64,000 nt of DNA from Paraphysomonas bandaiensis. Its lineage: Eukaryota > Protista > Chrysophyceae. The notes beneath the pieces are model-generated. The model did no database searches and was not told where the DNA came from. It saw only the letters and a program-made list of their open reading frames with translations. The position numbers were made by a program, and so were the translations under genes. Shown here piece after piece: positions 37,501 through 51,077 of this stretch. Positions within the stretch are counted from its first letter, which is position 1. Each line of letters opens with the position of its first letter. The DNA is taken from the NCBI GenBank assembly GCA_965644295.1, contig CBFFRP010000238.1, forward strand, positions 248,001 to 312,000, given 5' to 3'.

Positions 37501-39347
37501 TAACATGATAGAGGTAATGGATGCCGATGTAAATGTCATGGATTCAGAGGAGAGTACTGAGAATAAACACGTCCATGAACCGAACAGTTTTCTAGAGGCG
37601 GAGAGGTCCCCTCAAGCGGACGAATGGAGAACAGCCAGACGAATAGAGAAGAAAGCTCTTTTACGAAGAGGCGTTTTGAAGATAGTACGTCGACCATCTG
37701 GGGTCAAATTAATCAGATGTAAGTATGTTCACAAACTCAAGCGTGACATACTAGGCAACATACAGAAGTATAAAGCTCGACTAGTCGCACTAGGAAATCT
37801 TCAGGAGAAAACTGAGGAGGAGCCATCTACATTTGCACCGGTCGTAAAAGGGATAACTATCAGGCTCGTGATTGCAATTGTACATGTACACCAGCTTGAT
37901 GTCAGTTCTGCATTTTGTTATGCAAATTTAGATGAAGATGTCTACATGTACCCACCTCCAGATGAGGAGCTCAGCAATGGATGGTGCTTTAAACTCATCA
38001 AAGCACTATATGGTTTACGAGCCTCACCGCGTCAGTGGAATCGCCACATCGATAAATTCATAAAGTCAATGCAGTTTAGATCATGCGTGTTAGATACTTG
38101 CTTATATTATCGTTGGCACCAAGGCAAACTTACGTTATTACTCCTGTATGTAGATGACATCATTATCGCATCTGTGGATTTTGAATTCCTTGTTTTTGTC
38201 AAGAACAAGTTCTGCCAAACGTTTGAAATGAGGGACATGGGAGAGTGCCAAAGTTTCCTAAATATTCGAATCACGAGAGGCGAAGACTGGTTCAAACTAG
38301 ATCAATCGAAGTATGCGGAGAAAGTGATTCAGAAATTCAACCATGTCATGGGAAACAGTAGAAAGAATAAGGAAGCTCCGTTGCCATCAAATGCACAAGA
38401 ACTACTAGCTGCAGAACGGGAACTTACATCAGAACAGGAGGAATGGGTTTCAAAATTTCCGTATCGTAGTATTATTGGAGCAATCCTGTATCTCGCACTC
38501 CACACAAGACCAGATCTCGCCTATGCAATCGGACTACTATCGAGATACAGCAGTAATCCTACATACGCATCGTGTCGTTTAGCTATTCATTTATTGAAAT
38601 ATTTGAGAGGCACCACCAGCAAAGGAATCAAATTCAGTGGGAGTAAGTTTGATTTACATGTATTTAGTGATGCGGACTGGGCAGGTGATATACTAACGAG
38701 ACGTTCAACTACCGGTTATATTGTATTCTTATGTGCTGGAGCAATCGCATGATGGCAGTCCAAACTGCAGACTACAGTTGCAACTTCCAGTATGGAGTCC
38801 GAGTATATGGCAGAATATGCGGCCATGCAAGAACTGGTGTGGCTACGGGGGGTGTTACGAGAGCTAGGACTCGCATTGACGAAGCCAACCCCATTCTTCA
38901 TGGACAGCAAGAGTGCAAAAGATCTGTCAGAAAATCCAGTCTACCACAAAAGATCAAAACATATTAAGATAAAGTACCACTGGGTTCGGGAACACGTAAA
39001 TGGAAGGTTTCCTACAGCCAGATTGATTCATGTATCGACTAAGGATATGGCGGCCGACATATTTACAAAAGCGTTATCAACAAAGCTCTTTAAACTCCAT
39101 GAAGAAACTATCACAGGGGAAAAGAGGAGCATTTCAAATGAAGTTGAGAAGAATCAGAAGAAGCGGTTCAAGAAAGGTTAAGGGTGTGTTTTTAGTGGGT
39201 AAGAATCCCACATAACTGTGTTACAGCGAAGTGTGATGTTCACAGTATCTTTATGAAGATTTTCACATCCGTTTTATCCTAAGATGACTAGATGATATAT
39301 ATAGCTGCAGTATAATGACGATTACTCGTTTCTACATTGAGGAGGAG

Positions 39348-39667
39348 TGTTGGAATACGTATGGTTCTCTAAGATAGTACTGTAGAATACGTTAAATACA
39401 ATGTGAAAAACAGTAATACGTAGTCAATAGTCAAAGGTGCTATATAGCTATAACTGTGAAACTGAAGTATTATATCATGACGATTTAAGATACGGAAGTT
39501 GAGCAGTGGTTGACATGAACGAAATAATTTATCATGTTGTTGACATGTGTTACATGACAACACACACAATTGTGTATACAATCATAATAAAGTAATCTAT
39601 CTAGTTTGACTAACTTAAACTTCTCTTACAACGATCTTAATCATCTGAAAATGGTCTTTTGTCAATA
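39348..39667 (+). repeat. 3' LTR (preceded by PPT GAGGAGGAG)
   Basis: Direct repeat of 34171-34490. Confidence 0.95.
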
Positions 39668-39800
39668 GTAGTTGAAAACTGTAGAACATGAATTAATGAA
39701 AAGATATGAATTATGTTTGAGAAACTAGAACTCGTTGACTGTATAATCGTGTCTATCTGATAATATTAATTGGTAGTAGAGAGAGTATAAATGTTGCGAC

Positions 39801-41556
39801 CAGGGCCAGATAAAAATATATTGGGTCGCAATTTAAATATGGGAAATATTTATTTTTGTGCATACTACAATATGTTTATTATTATTATTTTAGCAAAATT
39901 TGGCCTCGCAATATCTTGCAGTATATGGATAATATATATGTATCGTTCACGCTTGAAAATATATTTGATTAATCATAAATTACTCTTCATATTATATTAT
40001 AATATCCAACAATACTAATAATTACATAATTACGGGAAACGAAGAACGCTCTTCATGTTCAATATAATATATTAGAATTCTTACTGTCTTTGTCAAGCTA
40101 TTCACAAAATAGTAATCTCCAACTGATAACAGTTCAAAGTATGCTGTCCTCCTCGTACAACTAAATACAACCCGAATATATTTTCTTATGATTTGTAAGA
40201 GTATGCCAGTGTAAACAGTCAATAAGCAGGATGCCAGTAAAATGATCGTAATTCCCGCCTATTTTTGGTCACAACACCAAAATTATTATTCAATTTCCAA
40301 CTATTCTACCATAATCTATTTCATGTTTATTTCACACAAGGTGTTGGATTTACTTCCTCGAAGCAAGGCAACAAGAAGTTTTCTCTTTCTCGAGATTTGA
40401 AATGAGAATGTAAGCTTACTCACTGGATAGGGCCGTCGAGGTAGCAAATATCAGAAGCGCTGCTGGAAAATGAACCATCCGATCATGACGAGGATGAGGA
40501 CAACAGTAACAACGAGTTAGAATACTTAGAGTACTAGTTGCTGCATTGTTATTGTGTTTTTATCATCATGTATGTTGTAACCTCTACTAAAACTAATTAC
40601 TACCGATCGAACTAACGTTTTCTTCTTAGCACCCAACGTATATATATATCAATATATATATTTATTAATATATGAGAGCTCAATAGAGAGCTGTATTTCA
40701 ATTACAGTTGTATAATATTATACAGTTGTACTCTTATAAATAGTATTATGAGAATGAATGACAATTTCTATATTAGTATATAGTAGTGAAACGACATATA
40801 TAGTGACAATGCCAGTTAGTGACGAAGTAAGGTTGTACGAGAAATGAGTGGTAGTGGAGTCAACATGAAATTGGTAAACGATAGGAGATATTGACTATAA
40901 TAATATATAATTCTCAGCATTGAGTATAAGTTTATCTTTCATTTGATAAGTTTATAATCTCTTTCATAAAATATGTCTTGTTATTAGAAATAGGCGTTAA
41001 GAATCAGCAACAGCTTATTATAGTGGATACTATTTAACGTTATAGAAGCTGCTTGTGCGTCACCGCAAGCATCAAGGTGCAACCTCCGTTCTATCACTCA
41101 AATCAAACGTAGTGAGAAAGCAGAATGTTGATATACCTGACATCTGCGAATTTCAGGTTTTTGATTCCTTAAGGTGAACATCCCGGATGCTTGACTTCAG
41201 CAGGCAGCCAATACCCTTGATGCCCTTCAGGCGGGCGCACTCCCGAATGCCTGTATATTTGTCAGGACCCAAAGACGTCTACACAAGTGACACTTTTTGG
41301 TGTCGCTTGTACCACACAAGCATTGGACTATGAGTGGGCAGAACAATAACTCCTGTCTATATGTTTGTGGCTCACGTTGGTTTCCCAGAGAAATATATCC
41401 GGTACTTATCCCCCAGCACGAAAAGGTGCGAGCCCAACTTTGTAGAGGGTACATTTTTTAATATAATGTCAAACTTTGATATTACTGGTCTTTAAAATAA
41501 TATTATTGTTTTTCGCTTTTGTTGGCAATATATTTTTATATTGTTACCCGGCCCTG
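39801..41556. mobile_element. hAT-type non-autonomous element carrying a nested ribozyme-headed retroposon
   Basis: Termini CAGGGCCAGATAA / TTACCCGGCCCTG. Perfect 8-bp TSD GTTGCGAC (39793-39800 / 41557-41564). Confidence 0.88.
40972..41449 (-). mobile_element. Ribozyme-headed retroposon copy
   Basis: Colinear with 24789-25274 and has the same 5' boundary (CCCTC). Deletions in P3/P1 and in the tail. Confidence 0.8.
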
Positions 41557-41773
41557 GTTGCGACTATCAATGAGATACTAATTATAGTTTTACTAGTTGA
41601 TTGTTGTGCGAGTTTCAGTGCTTAAGTAATTTCACCATCCAAATATGACAAAAGGTTGATATGAATTGATTCCTGTATTAATACATCTTCGGATTGCAAC
41701 TACGACCCACCTTGAAAACAATTTTTCAGAACAACGATAACAATTATATTAACACATTACAAACAATTCAATT

Positions 41774-43903
41774 TCATAAATCATGATGCATCGGGCTAAT
41801 GTCAACTTCACCCGACTGCAGTTTTGTTTTCCTATCCAGAACTTTGAGATAAGTGAGAAAGAGCAGTAAGCATAGTATGTTAGTGCCGACAAACGTTACC
41901 ACAACAGACAATATGACCACATAGTTTCCACCAATTGCACTATCATCATTATCATTACTTTGGCTATCGCACGATGTCGCAGTTTTGGACCTATATGTCG
42001 CAGAGCCGCAAACAGCCATGTCAGGTGGGTATTCTGAAACCATTTCACTTGCAATATCAAATACCACGGCCATACCCATCGCGGAATGCCAGCCGACATG
42101 ACAATGAAAAAGCCACATCCCTTACACATATAAGTCACTGCAAAGTGATCCTTAAAACCAAACACATACCTGGATTATTCGCTTGAAACCTGAGAGTTAT
42201 CCATCCACATGGCTCCATCCACTCTCCCGGGCTATGTGTAGTACCTCTTCTAGCAGAGAAATTACTAGGGAATCCAGTAACAGTATCCAAATATGGAGGA
42301 TTAGCAGTGTTGTACATCGTAGGAGCTTCCGATGCATTAAACATTCCTGAACCTTCGCCAACAAGCCAGAAATGATGACCATGTAAATGCCATGGGTGCT
42401 GTTCACATACACCGTTTCCAGCAACACTATTCTGAATAGTAATATCAACAATATCATTCAGTCCCAACACTATTGGAGTGGACCCATCACTCTTGTACTC
42501 TAGTCCATCACGTGTGTCGAGATATTTTTGAAGGAGATACGGTGTGGATGGATACATGAGACGGGAGTTTTCATTTAAGGTCCATGCCAGTGATTCTCCC
42601 TGGCCTTCAGGAACTTTCCTTGGTGGATCGAATCCCGTACCAGTAGACTTATTCACCCATTGCTGCTGGAGAGTGAATACAAAGGCCTTGTCAACATCTT
42701 TGTTCTTAGGACACGCAACGTAGTCGGGATTGGACGAATCAGCCACGAGCAGTGAGTTCCACTCAAACCACTCCCGAGACTCATTCGGGGGCTCTAGTGG
42801 TAATACGGAATCAATTATGCTGCTTGTGTAGACACCAGAAGTGATTCTGGAGGCCGTAGCATAAGTTAAGTAAGCATATCCAACACCAGAAAATGTGTCA
42901 TCTGTCCCCCTCCACTCAGTCTGGCTTCGAATAAGAAAAGATTTGGTATCGTTATCGTCTGATACAGTATATGCATTAGTGGACACCAATACCTCTAGTC
43001 TCTGACCAGGCGCCAAGTCAATGGACTCTACGGTTTGCTGCTCTGTAGCTGATCCGCCAGCCCCTACAATAGTCATATTGTGTCCAGCAATGGCCAGATT
43101 AAAATATGCCAGAGTTCCAGCGTTGAGAAGTCGAAGCAAATACTGCTTTCCCGATTCAACCAAAAGATTTTCACGCCGCCCTTGACAAATATGTGACGTA
43201 CTGAAAGAGCTTCCATCCGAGTAACTTGTCGTTTTGTTGTAGTTAGTTGGTTCAGTCCAGCTGTTGCATTCATGTGATAGCCCCTTGCCGTTGAAGAGGA
43301 CTGAGTCTCCATTTCCTGGCCATTTGAATGGACTACCCACCAATCCTGTAGCAATGTCTCCTACGGATGTGTGATACCAATCAGAGAGTATCAACTCCAG
43401 CTCTCCGTCATAATAATATGATGATGGATTGAGGCCCCGGACAACAAGCATGCCATATGTGCCCTCCACACGGGTGTCGCCCGCATGTGCATGGTACCAG
43501 TATGTACCCTCCACATCAACCGTGAAGTCGTACACATACGATGAACCATGAACGAAGGGACAATTTGTGACATAGGCGGTACCATCGTACCAGGGCGTAT
43601 TCAACTGATGTATTCCATGCCAGTGGAGGGACAGCGCCTCTGCTTGATATTCCTGATTCGTTACATTTATCACCAGTCTGTCACCCTTCATATAATATTA
43701 CCAATAGAACACAAACGCAAATCAATACTTACAACCACCGCCTCAAGAGACGGGCCTGGGAATTGACCGTTGACAACAAGAGAGCTCCTCTCGTACCCAT
43801 CGGGTCTAGTGCTTTCTCGAGACACAACGAGATCGTAATGACGGGTGATTCCTGCAGATAATTCGAAACATATAAAAGTCACTAACAGTGCATAGAGACA
43901 CAT
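41774..43903 (-). CDS. Multicopper oxidase (L-ascorbate oxidase/laccase-like), signal peptide and C-terminal TM; 3 exons
   Basis: All four Cu-binding motifs are present: HWHG, WYHAH, HPWHLHGH and WLFHCHVGWHSAMGM. Confidence 0.93.
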
Positions 43904-44167
43904 CACTGACGAAATTCCGATCAAGTTAGTTATGTGAACTCACGTCGCTCTGTGTAGCAGATATCTTCCGCCAACAGCCACAACATGCTCTCTGTACACC
44001 CCACACAGCCAAATACACAATAATACGTATCTGTTGTACAATTTTTGAGGACAACTGACTGGCTGAATTATTTTTTTCCACGCTACATACATCATCGAGC
44101 GATATACTAGTAGAGCTTAAGGGGCTGCAAGATACAATTGATTCTAGTGAGTCACATGTAGCATAAC

Positions 44168-46445
44168 ATGGGAGAGGTGCCTGTGTTTTTTGCGACGATG
44201 TATGTATGTGTTATCTTCACCCTCACCTCTTTATCATTATCAGCATCTGATGATATTGAGGGGTCCTTATTTTCTAAGTTGGATATTGGGCATCGTCCAG
44301 GTACCACTGCACTTCCTAGGATAGTGGACGCACACGAAGTGGCCTTCCGACACACCGATATCCTTGAAGAGTATCGGAATGCGCGTGATGAGTGCTTGGA
44401 TCGACTGAATACTTTGAGTGCTACTGGTAAATTCTCACCTAGTAACGCAACTGACGATATAGATGCTGCGAGATTAAAATTTTACTTTGACTTCGGAATT
44501 TTACTATGGGGGTTTGCTCCTTCAATGAACTGCTCTATTCATTCAAAATGCTGGTTTGGCGTCATATCTTGTGGGAATTTCAAGGGAGACACGTTGCACG
44601 AGCAATACGTAAAAGCCAATATTCAGTATTCGACGCAGTCAGAAAGAGTAAATACCATAAAAAGTAGCACTTTTGACCCCAACCAGTTTGTCAAAGTATT
44701 ACCTTTGCAATTAAACTTTACTCTTCGCGCTCTACACATCATCGTGCGCATAGTAGGACGCGAAATACTAGCACCAGAAACTCTACTATTTGTTGTTCCT
44801 AATAGTGTGCACGGTGGCGTTGGTGAGGAGATTATTATTGCAGAGTATTCGCTAACGATTCCAGGAGATTATGTTATTGAGTACATGCTGAGTTCGTTTT
44901 TTCCAGGTATCATGTATAATTATACTATTCATGAAATTCAACAAGGGCTCGACACTTTGCATGCGGAGACGTATTTTGACAGGAAGTCCATCCGTTCCTT
45001 TCCAATTAAGGTCACACTATCTGGTGGCAGCCGCAGCCATGAGGCACACATGACTTCACAATTACCCTACTGTCCAAATGGCAACCATCCTGGAAGGTGG
45101 ATTGTTTTCCCTGAAGAGGTAGCACGCCAATGTGGCGCAGGCAGCTATATTAGCAGTATAAGTCGCCTTCCATATCTTGCGACGAATTATGATAAAATAG
45201 AGCGCATCACTAGACAATACACGATGCATGCATTAACGTTGAAGTACGAAACTGTCATGGGGAGTGTGCTGAAGGGCCTTAAGAATTCATCACTGCCTGA
45301 TGACGTCAGAATATACTATAAAGAACTCGTCAGGTTTGCCTACCATTAGATGGAAATATTGTAAATAGTATATATGTATTTACTTTTTGTAAAGCTTAGT
45401 TTTACATGATTTTCATAGATATGCACACGGCAATGTGTGCTTGCTAATGTATCTGGGAATCAATCATCCCTACTACGATAATCGTCTTGAGCTGTTTGCG
45501 CCGTATGAGTGTAGGTACCGAATAATGACCCCTGGTGAGGTAATAAAATTGTGTGACATGATTACATAGGTGTATATGATGGTAAAAACTGAACTATTTC
45601 TCATTTGTGGTGTTCTAGGGACGGAAATGTCTGCGTGACAAAGAAAGAACCGACATACTATTCCACGGGGATTCGATCTCCAGAGATTTGTTCCAAAAAG
45701 TTAGTGAGCAATTAGATTTGGCTCACGTGTCTCCAGAAGAACTAAAACGCATAGATCATGAGCACTTATTTAGCACTGTGCACAATAAAGTAGGTGCCTT
45801 GTAATCATTTTTTGTGAATTTTATACGATATGACTACATTGTTTCTGTTCGTACTAGATGCCTTAGTTCATGCACGAACTGTACAGTTATAATCCACACA
45901 TCATTTTACTGCAGGAACGTCTGGTATTTTCTAAAGAAGGAGTGTCATGCGCATTAGACTCTTCCTGGAATCCATTGGACAGTAAATGGGTCAGTTTTGG
46001 CCGTCCTGTGTTACAGCTTCATAACTCTTTGTGTTCGACACAGAATTTAGGGGGGCGTCTTCCCAAAGTTTATTTTGATGATTTTTCCATTGCACATATT
46101 AAGGACTATGACATGGAAGTACTTCATGACAAACTGATGACGTCGGAGTGGTTCAGAGTTTGGTATGATGGACACAATAAGTCAACTACCGCAAGTGTTA
46201 AGGTACGTATTTTTATGGGCGCAAAGGTGGTGTGGAATGTATATCCAGTGCATAAGCGCAATCCAGAGGTGTTTCGACGTATGAATGCATTGCTTCGAGA
46301 GTTCTACGTCAATCAGTTTAACTTTTTAGAACAAGATGAATATCTGTATACTGCAGCGAAATATGATTTCCATGATGGCTGGCATTATCAAGGCGTGTCT
46401 CGTATTATGAGTTCAGTGATAGCCATAAATCTAATGTGCAGCTAG
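44168..46445 (+). CDS. Secreted/type II protein with SGNH/PC-esterase (NXPE/TBL-like) domain, multi-exon
   Basis: N-terminal hydrophobic segment, PGDYVIE and LPYC...PGRW. Small exons encode PYECRY and ILFHGDSISRDLF (GDS). C-terminal DGWH (DxxH). Confidence 0.65.
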
Positions 46446-46928
46446 TGTAGTATTAGCTTTCATCGTATATACTTTGCTATGCACTTTGTCGGGTTGTTGA
46501 CAATTACCTCGGATGTGATAATGAAAATAAACGGTGGTTAAAAGGAATTAGGTGATATCTTACCCAAACACCTCAAGCAATATGATATATGGTAGTATGG
46601 TAGTTAATAGTTAAAAGTACTAAGTGCTGTCGAATTAGATACGTCAACGACACTAAAACACTCTGCAAGGCAGAGTATGAATTGTAACGTTGTTTGCAAT
46701 ACGAATGCACGAATTTCATAGACTAGAAACAATATTATGATAAAACCAAATCAACGTTTCCAAAGCACATCAACTTTTCATATCCTGTGAAATTTCGTCG
46801 GTGGTTGTATATTGCTATGCCATTTAAATTCCAGTGAATAGAGATCAAATTCAGACAAAAGTGCTGTTTAGCTGGTGTATGAAGAGATGAAGAGTTGGGA
46901 TTATAACAAACTTCGACGACGAAGAGTG

Positions 46929-49543
46929 TCACGTTAAATGCACGCACCCAGATATCCGACCGAGTAACTTTATCCATGTACCCTCCGTGGCGCTGAAGCT
47001 GCTATCGGAAGAGTTTAAACTACTATATAGTGGTTTTGAAGTGGACGTTCTGACAGACAAATACAACTCTTTCGAAGATACAGAAGTTGAAGAATCTTTA
47101 CCGGAACGAGGTGCACTCGATGCATCTTCTGTACCCCCGCCAGCAGCATGTTGATCATTCGCCGCAGCTTTGTTAACGAAATCAGTAAGCCTTGCAGCTA
47201 AAACATTTTCAGATAACACACATCTGCGCTTTGAGGAAGTATCGGAGGGAGCTTTGGCTTCTCTTTTTTTACCTGTCGTTGGTTCGAGTGCTGCATCCAC
47301 TTCGAGAGCAGTAAACTGAGATGACCATTTGCTACCAGAGGGATCGTCCTCACGGTCCCGTATTTTCTGAGCAACTCCCACTACAGCACGAGATATATCA
47401 GGAATATATCTGTAAAGCCACAAAATTAGTAGTCGGAATACAAGTTAAGCCAACAGATATATACACAGCGATATCCCTACTTCAGTAAAGCTTTCCTTCT
47501 CTCGTGTACATCTCTACGTGCCAGCGATTCGGCCAAATGCATTCTCATCTGCTGGCAGCAACCCATTAGCGCGCGCCGCACAGAGCTCTGAATTTCCGTC
47601 ACGTCATCTCCAATATATTCCTTTGAGGTTCCCTTGAAAGGGATGCGGGTAGACACTATACTGACATACACTCCAATGCTATCACGTTTTGGGTCCATAA
47701 GATAGGAGCCCCAGTTAATACGCCTCGTCGCGACCTATAGTACGGTTTAGGACAGCATATACTTAACAAATTAATCCATAATCAACATGTGACTGGTACC
47801 TACCTGCGTAACAACATCGGCACCAGGTTCGAAGAGCAGAGGTATTCTGTTTGCGAACCGGAATATATTGATCCCTTCTTTCACATTTACTCCTCCAAGA
47901 GAGACGGCAGCCTCCACAAGAAAGGGATGACCCTCATTTACACCTGGCTTGTCTGTAAATGTCGCAACAAGTTTTGGCTTCAGCTCTTTCAAGACTCCGA
48001 GTCGCATGTTGTATTCCCCTGCAGCCACACGAGAGCAAATTAGATGTATTTGTGAGTGTACGGTGTTGAAAATGTCACCTGCAGGACTGAGGCAGTTCGC
48101 GGACGGAGGGCGAATGGTTACATCATCACGCAAAACTTGACAGAGTGCGGCCACTTGGGACGGAGATAAGTCAGAGGGTAGGCAATTCTCAAGACCTAGT
48201 GAAGTCACTATAGCGCTTGCCGTCTTAGCCTGTACACCGGAAACTACACTATCCAATTACACAAAAAGCAAAACAGCAATTGTATATCCACAGCCTACCA
48301 GCACTTGTCAAAAACTTCTGCATATCTCCGAAGTAGCTGGTCCGAAGCAAGTGAGACATAGTTATGTTGTTGAGACTCTTAGCATGTGGGAGAACAGTTT
48401 CCGCCATTGGGGGCATCTGATTCGACCTGCCAGTAAGTAGATAAAGAGAAATACACACCACCTGCAAAAATTCAAATGCATACCGCCGAACAAACTCTGC
48501 AGTAAAATTCTTTTTCTGGTCTCGGGTGGATACAAACTCTAATGAAAGGTGAGCGTATGGTGTGATGACAGCTAGCTGTTGGAAATACTGTAACACACGA
48601 GATCGACAGGCTGACCAGGCGCCAGCAATTGTCACATTCATATCCAGCCCTCTGCACCATTTCTCATCGTCTTCCATTCCTTCAATAGACAGAGACGAAG
48701 TTGAGGTGGACAAAACTCTGGGCTCATTACGTTGGATGTCCATATCTAACACAACTGTGGTTACACAAGTTGCTGGTTTGTCTACACTGGGACTATAGGC
48801 AGACTTGACAGTGATAGGGAGTCCAGAGGACTTTTTGGACCATATAAGCGCCTGCGCACTTTATCATACTCTGTTTATAAGTACAGCAGAAGTATTTTAC
48901 CATTTTAGCTCCAAGTCCGAACTTTCCCCTGGTCTGGCGAACACCATGTTTACTACCTGAAAGAACGCGTCCGAGCAGTTCGCTGATTAGATCGGGGGCG
49001 ATACCGCAGCCATTGTCCTGACACTGAATTGTATAATACATCAGCTCCTTCCCTGATTGAGCTAATGATGACGTACGACCAATATTCTGCTTTGGTGTGA
49101 CACCCTCAATCTGTTGTGCTTCTTCATGCAATCCTTCAGAATTCCCAGTTGAGGCATTAACAACAGCAGATTTTGATGTGTCTCCAATTATAATTCCATG
49201 TCTAATAGATACAATAAAAGTACACACTAATAACTATATATATGCGATCACCAACCTCTTGTTGTGCTCCTCCTCTGTATATTCCGTTACTGTTACACGA
49301 ATAACAGGCAGCGCGTGTATCGACTCAGCTGCGTCGAGAGAATTCTCCACAAGCTCTCTTATGGTGGTGAATAGAGACTTTCCTGGCTGATATATAACAA
49401 CACACAGTGATACGAGGCGCACGAGAGGCAGTCATAGTTACATTATCGAACCCTGCTATCTGCTGGTGCTCACTGAAGAACTCTGCTGCAGACTGCTGAG
49501 TGGACTTCTCCCTCGTATCTATGTCCCTTCCCTTCCTCTTCAT
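46929..49543 (-). CDS. TOP6B: DNA topoisomerase VI subunit B (multi-exon)
   Basis: SAAEFF..HQQIAGFDN, FTTIRELVENSLDA, DNGCGI, QTRGKFGLGAKM, RFANRIPLLFE and STRIPFKGTSKEYI. Confidence 0.92.
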
Positions 49544-49936
49544 GTCTTCCTTCACTCCGGACCTCACGATATCACTGTTCAGTGTATGATATCATCACTA
49601 GCTGTGCTCCTGATGACACACCTATTCCTCTGTGTCCACTGTTCAGACTGCCTGCAACAGGTAAGCTAACTATTGCTGCCATCATAAAATACTGTACTGT
49701 ATTTGTGTATACAATTCCTACGCACGGAGACCGGAATAAATTTCCTGTATGGAGCGTATTCTACTTGTAGTGTGGAATATACCACGCACTGCTGCACACT
49801 GCTGCACATAGAGTCAGTCTTATGAGGGGTGGAGTTGAGGAGTGATGTGACTCTCTGTGCCTTCTTCACGAATACTGTAGCGCACAGGACAGCACTGTTA
49901 CAAAGAGATCGGGCATTTATTACTGCAAAAAATCAT

Positions 49937-51077
49937 ATGTCTGGAACATTGAGTGATATTGAAGGTCATTTGGAGGTACCATTTGACGAGAGCGATCCAT
50001 CATACGCCAAGTCTTTTGACTTATCTGATGCCGACTCGGCTAAACTGTTTTTTCAAAAGTTTGGCTTTGTGGTGAGAAGTTTTCTATCTGGTAGACTGAT
50101 TCTGAACTAGTGCAATATAGGTGTTTCGAAATATATTTACGAGGGATGAGTGTGAGTCCACACGAACTGCTATGTGGAGTATTGTTGAAGACAGCAACCC
50201 CGGCTTCAGTAGTAAGGATCCCTCGACTTGGGGAAGCTATAAAAGCGCCGGGAAATATGGGCTGTCAATGCGTGGACCTTGTTTTCATCCTACTATTGTT
50301 AATAACCGCCAGAACCCTAATCTCATTGCCGCACTGCGCACTATCGTAGAGTCAGACGACGTCATGGTAAGCCATGATCGCTTCACCATATATAGGGCAA
50401 CTGGACCACAAATTCCAAATGGCGAAAAATTTCGCACAGGTGACCGAAATGTTCATTTAGACTTGAACCCGTGGTGGTGGTGCGAAGGAGCAGATGTAGT
50501 ACGTGAGGGGATCGAAACTTTGAAATACGAAGACGAACAGGATTTCATCCGGGAGAATAACCAGGTCGTGCGAACTATGGGTCGGCATGTGCAATGTGTT
50601 CTAAATTTTCTTGACAACCGTGAAGAGGATGGTGGTACGGTGCTTGTACCGGGGTTCCATCGGTGTGTAGAAGAATGGTGTACCTCCGGTCCTTGGTCTC
50701 AGGAGGGGGAGATTCCTCGAGGAGAAGACTGGCTTGAACGCCGTCCAATGCCATGGCTCAATATACCTGACTCCAACACACTGCTCGGCAGAGCACAGCG
50801 AGTGCCCATGCGGGAAGGATCTGTGCTCCTATGGGATCAAACTGTTGTACACGGATCAGCGCCCAATATGGGAACCGAACAATGTAGAATGGCGCAGTTC
50901 TTGAAGGCATTTCCGCGGTCCCTTTCAATTAGAGAGCCTCGGCTCAGGAGAAGAGCAAAGGCCTTAAAGAAAGCGTTTATCTCAAGAGGAATTGATTTAG
51001 AAATAGTGTCAGACATAGGATTGATGGTGTTTGGTCTAGACTGTTTAGGAAACAATGACGACGACTGTAATCATTGA
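49937..51077 (+). CDS. Phytanoyl-CoA dioxygenase (PhyH)-like Fe/2OG oxygenase
   Basis: FFQKFGFV|VFRN across intron 50072-50120. HLD...VQCVL...GGT..VPGFH...GSVLLWD..VHGS.PN....RMAQF. Confidence 0.85.

Larger units (their letters stand above)
34171..39667 (+). mobile_element. Full-length Ty1/copia LTR retrotransposon (recent, ORF disrupted)
   Basis: Two 320-bp LTRs, 5-bp TSD GTAGT (34166-34170 / 39668-39672), PBS and PPT. Domain order gag-PR(IDTCCS)-IN(HRRMGH, ADGAGE, EMNAVEER)-RT(YVDD)-RH(KRSKHI). Confidence 0.95.
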
